DNA from: Alphaproteobacteria bacterium | Lineage (GTDB): Bacteria > Pseudomonadota > Alphaproteobacteria > Bin95 | Assembly: GCA_963665325.3 (NCBI GenBank) | Contig: CAXXWS020000004.1 | Span: 96,001 to 160,000 of the forward strand | Length of the DNA stretch: 64,000 nucleotides | Direction of reading: 5' to 3' | Part shown: positions 62,920 to 64,000 of the stretch, piece by piece | Position numbering within the stretch: position 1 is the first letter of the stretch | Layout of the letters: the number at the start of each line of letters is the position of its first letter | Notes under the pieces: model-generated | Databases searched by the model: none | What the model was told of the DNA's origin: nothing | Seen by the model: only the letters and a program-made list of their open reading frames with translations | Made by a program: the position numbers and the translations under genes

Positions 62920-64000
62920 ATGAACAGCAACGACGGGAGCGAGCGTCGCGACCGGTGGGCGCGGTTGCGCTTCGCGGTGGTCGGGCCGCTTCTGGCCTCG
63001 CCGCCGCCGGCGGGGCGGCTGCACGCCGAGCTTGAGCGGCTTGCCGAACGCGAGTGGGATCACCCGTCCGGCAAGGGCCGGGTGCGCTTCGCGGTGTCCA
63101 CGATCGAGCGCTGGTACTACCAGGCGCGGGCGGCGGACAACGATCCGGTGGGGGCGCTCAAGCGGCGCCCGCGCGCCGATGCCGGGCGCCCGCGCGCGAT
63201 GTCGCCGACGCTGATCGAGGCGCTGCACGAGCAGTACCGGGCGCATCCGTCGTGGTCGGCGCAGCTTCATCACGAGAATCTGGCCGCGCGGGTCGAGGCC
63301 GATCCCGAGCTCGGCCCGATACCGTCCTACGCGACGCTGACCCGGGCGATGCGGGCTCGCGGGCTGGTACGCAAGCGCCGGCGCAAGTGGCATGAGAGCG
63401 AGGCCAGGCCGGCGGTCGAAGCCCGCGAGGTATTGAGCTACGAGGTCTCGCGCTCTCACGCCCTGTGGCACGCCGACATGCACAGCGCCAAGCGTCGCGT
63501 GCTGACCGCCTCGGGCGAGTGGAAGACGCCGATCCTGCTCGGCTTCCTCGACGACCACTCGCGCCTCGGCTGCCACCTTCAGTGGTACCTCGCCGAGACC
63601 GCCGAGGTGTTCGTCCACGGCCTTTGCCAGGCCTTCATGAAGCGCGGTCTGCCGAGGTCCCTGCTGACCGACAACGGCGCGGCGATGACCGCGGGCGAGG
63701 TCGAGGAGGGGTTGCACCGGCTCGGCATCGCGGGGGTCACGACGCTCGCTTACAGCCCCCATCAGAACGGCAAGATCGAGTCGTTCTGGGGCACGGTCGA
63801 ATCGCGCCTGATGGCTCAGCTCGAAGGCGTCGACGCGCTTACCTTGAAGATGCTCAACGACGCCACCATCGCCTGGCTGGAGCAGGACTATCACCGCCGC
63901 AAGCACCGCGAGCTCGGCATGACGCCGCATCAACGCCTGGCCGGGAGCGTCGACGCGTCGAGATCCTGCCCCGGCTCGGCCGAGCTCAAGGCGGCCTTCC
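62920..64000 (+). CDS. DDE integrase/transposase (rve core), runs off the window
   Basis: STIERWY, LWHADMH, FLDDHSR, RGLPR.L.TDNG, YSP.QNGKIE.FW, W.E.DYH...H.EL..TP. Confidence 0.9.
   Translation, partial: MNSNDGSERRDRWARLRFAVVGPLLASPPPAGRLHAELERLAEREWDHPSGKGRVRFAVSTIERWYYQARAADNDPVGALKRRPRADAGRPRAMSPTLIEALHEQYRAHPSWSAQLHHENLAARVEADPELGPIPSYATLTRAMRARGLVRKRRRKWHESEARPAVEAREVLSYEVSRSHALWHADMHSAKRRVLTASGEWKTPILLGFLDDHSRLGCHLQWYLAETAEVFVHGLCQAFMKRGLPRSLLTDNGAAMTAGEVEEGLHRLGIAGVTTLAYSPHQNGKIESFWGTVESRLMAQLEGVDALTLKMLNDATIAWLEQDYHRRKHRELGMTPHQRLAGSVDASRSCPGSAELKAAF

Larger units (their letters stand above)
62107..64000 (+). mobile_element. TGT-ended DDE (IS481/Mu-like) transposon, left part
   Basis: TGTTGAGCGG at 62107 coincides with loss of adhesin similarity; followed by a zinc-finger ORF and an integrase. 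Confidence 0.7.

Overview
GC-rich, probably alphaproteobacterial accessory region: solute-uptake and catabolic operons interleaved with many intact, nested and eroded insertion sequences (IS66, IS21, IS110/IS1111, IS630, ISAs1, IS3 and a TGT-ended DDE/Mu-like element). The operons cover NitT/TauT, sugar, urea/amide, TRAP, peptide and polyol (smo) uptake, plus amidases, cupins and a molybdopterin oxidoreductase. Many genes are pseudogenised. The main finding is an IS1111-type IS110 element (about 17345-18746) inserted in the left terminal inverted repeat of an IS21 remnant. Its downstream non-coding region can be read as a bridge/seek RNA: two hairpin-separated guide pairs match the IS21-IR target (AATAA-TG-CTCCACGA) and the element's own circle junction (ACAGA-TG-ATGGAG). 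This suggests an RNA-guided transposon programmed against another transposon's end. Other points are a DUF4338 (DruA-like) gene coupled to an IS66 transposase, an IS21 abutting an inverted copy of its own left end, a duplicated small ORF behind a LexA-like box, a DddW-like cupin and a G4 motif. All family calls come from motif recognition by eye; no database search was run.
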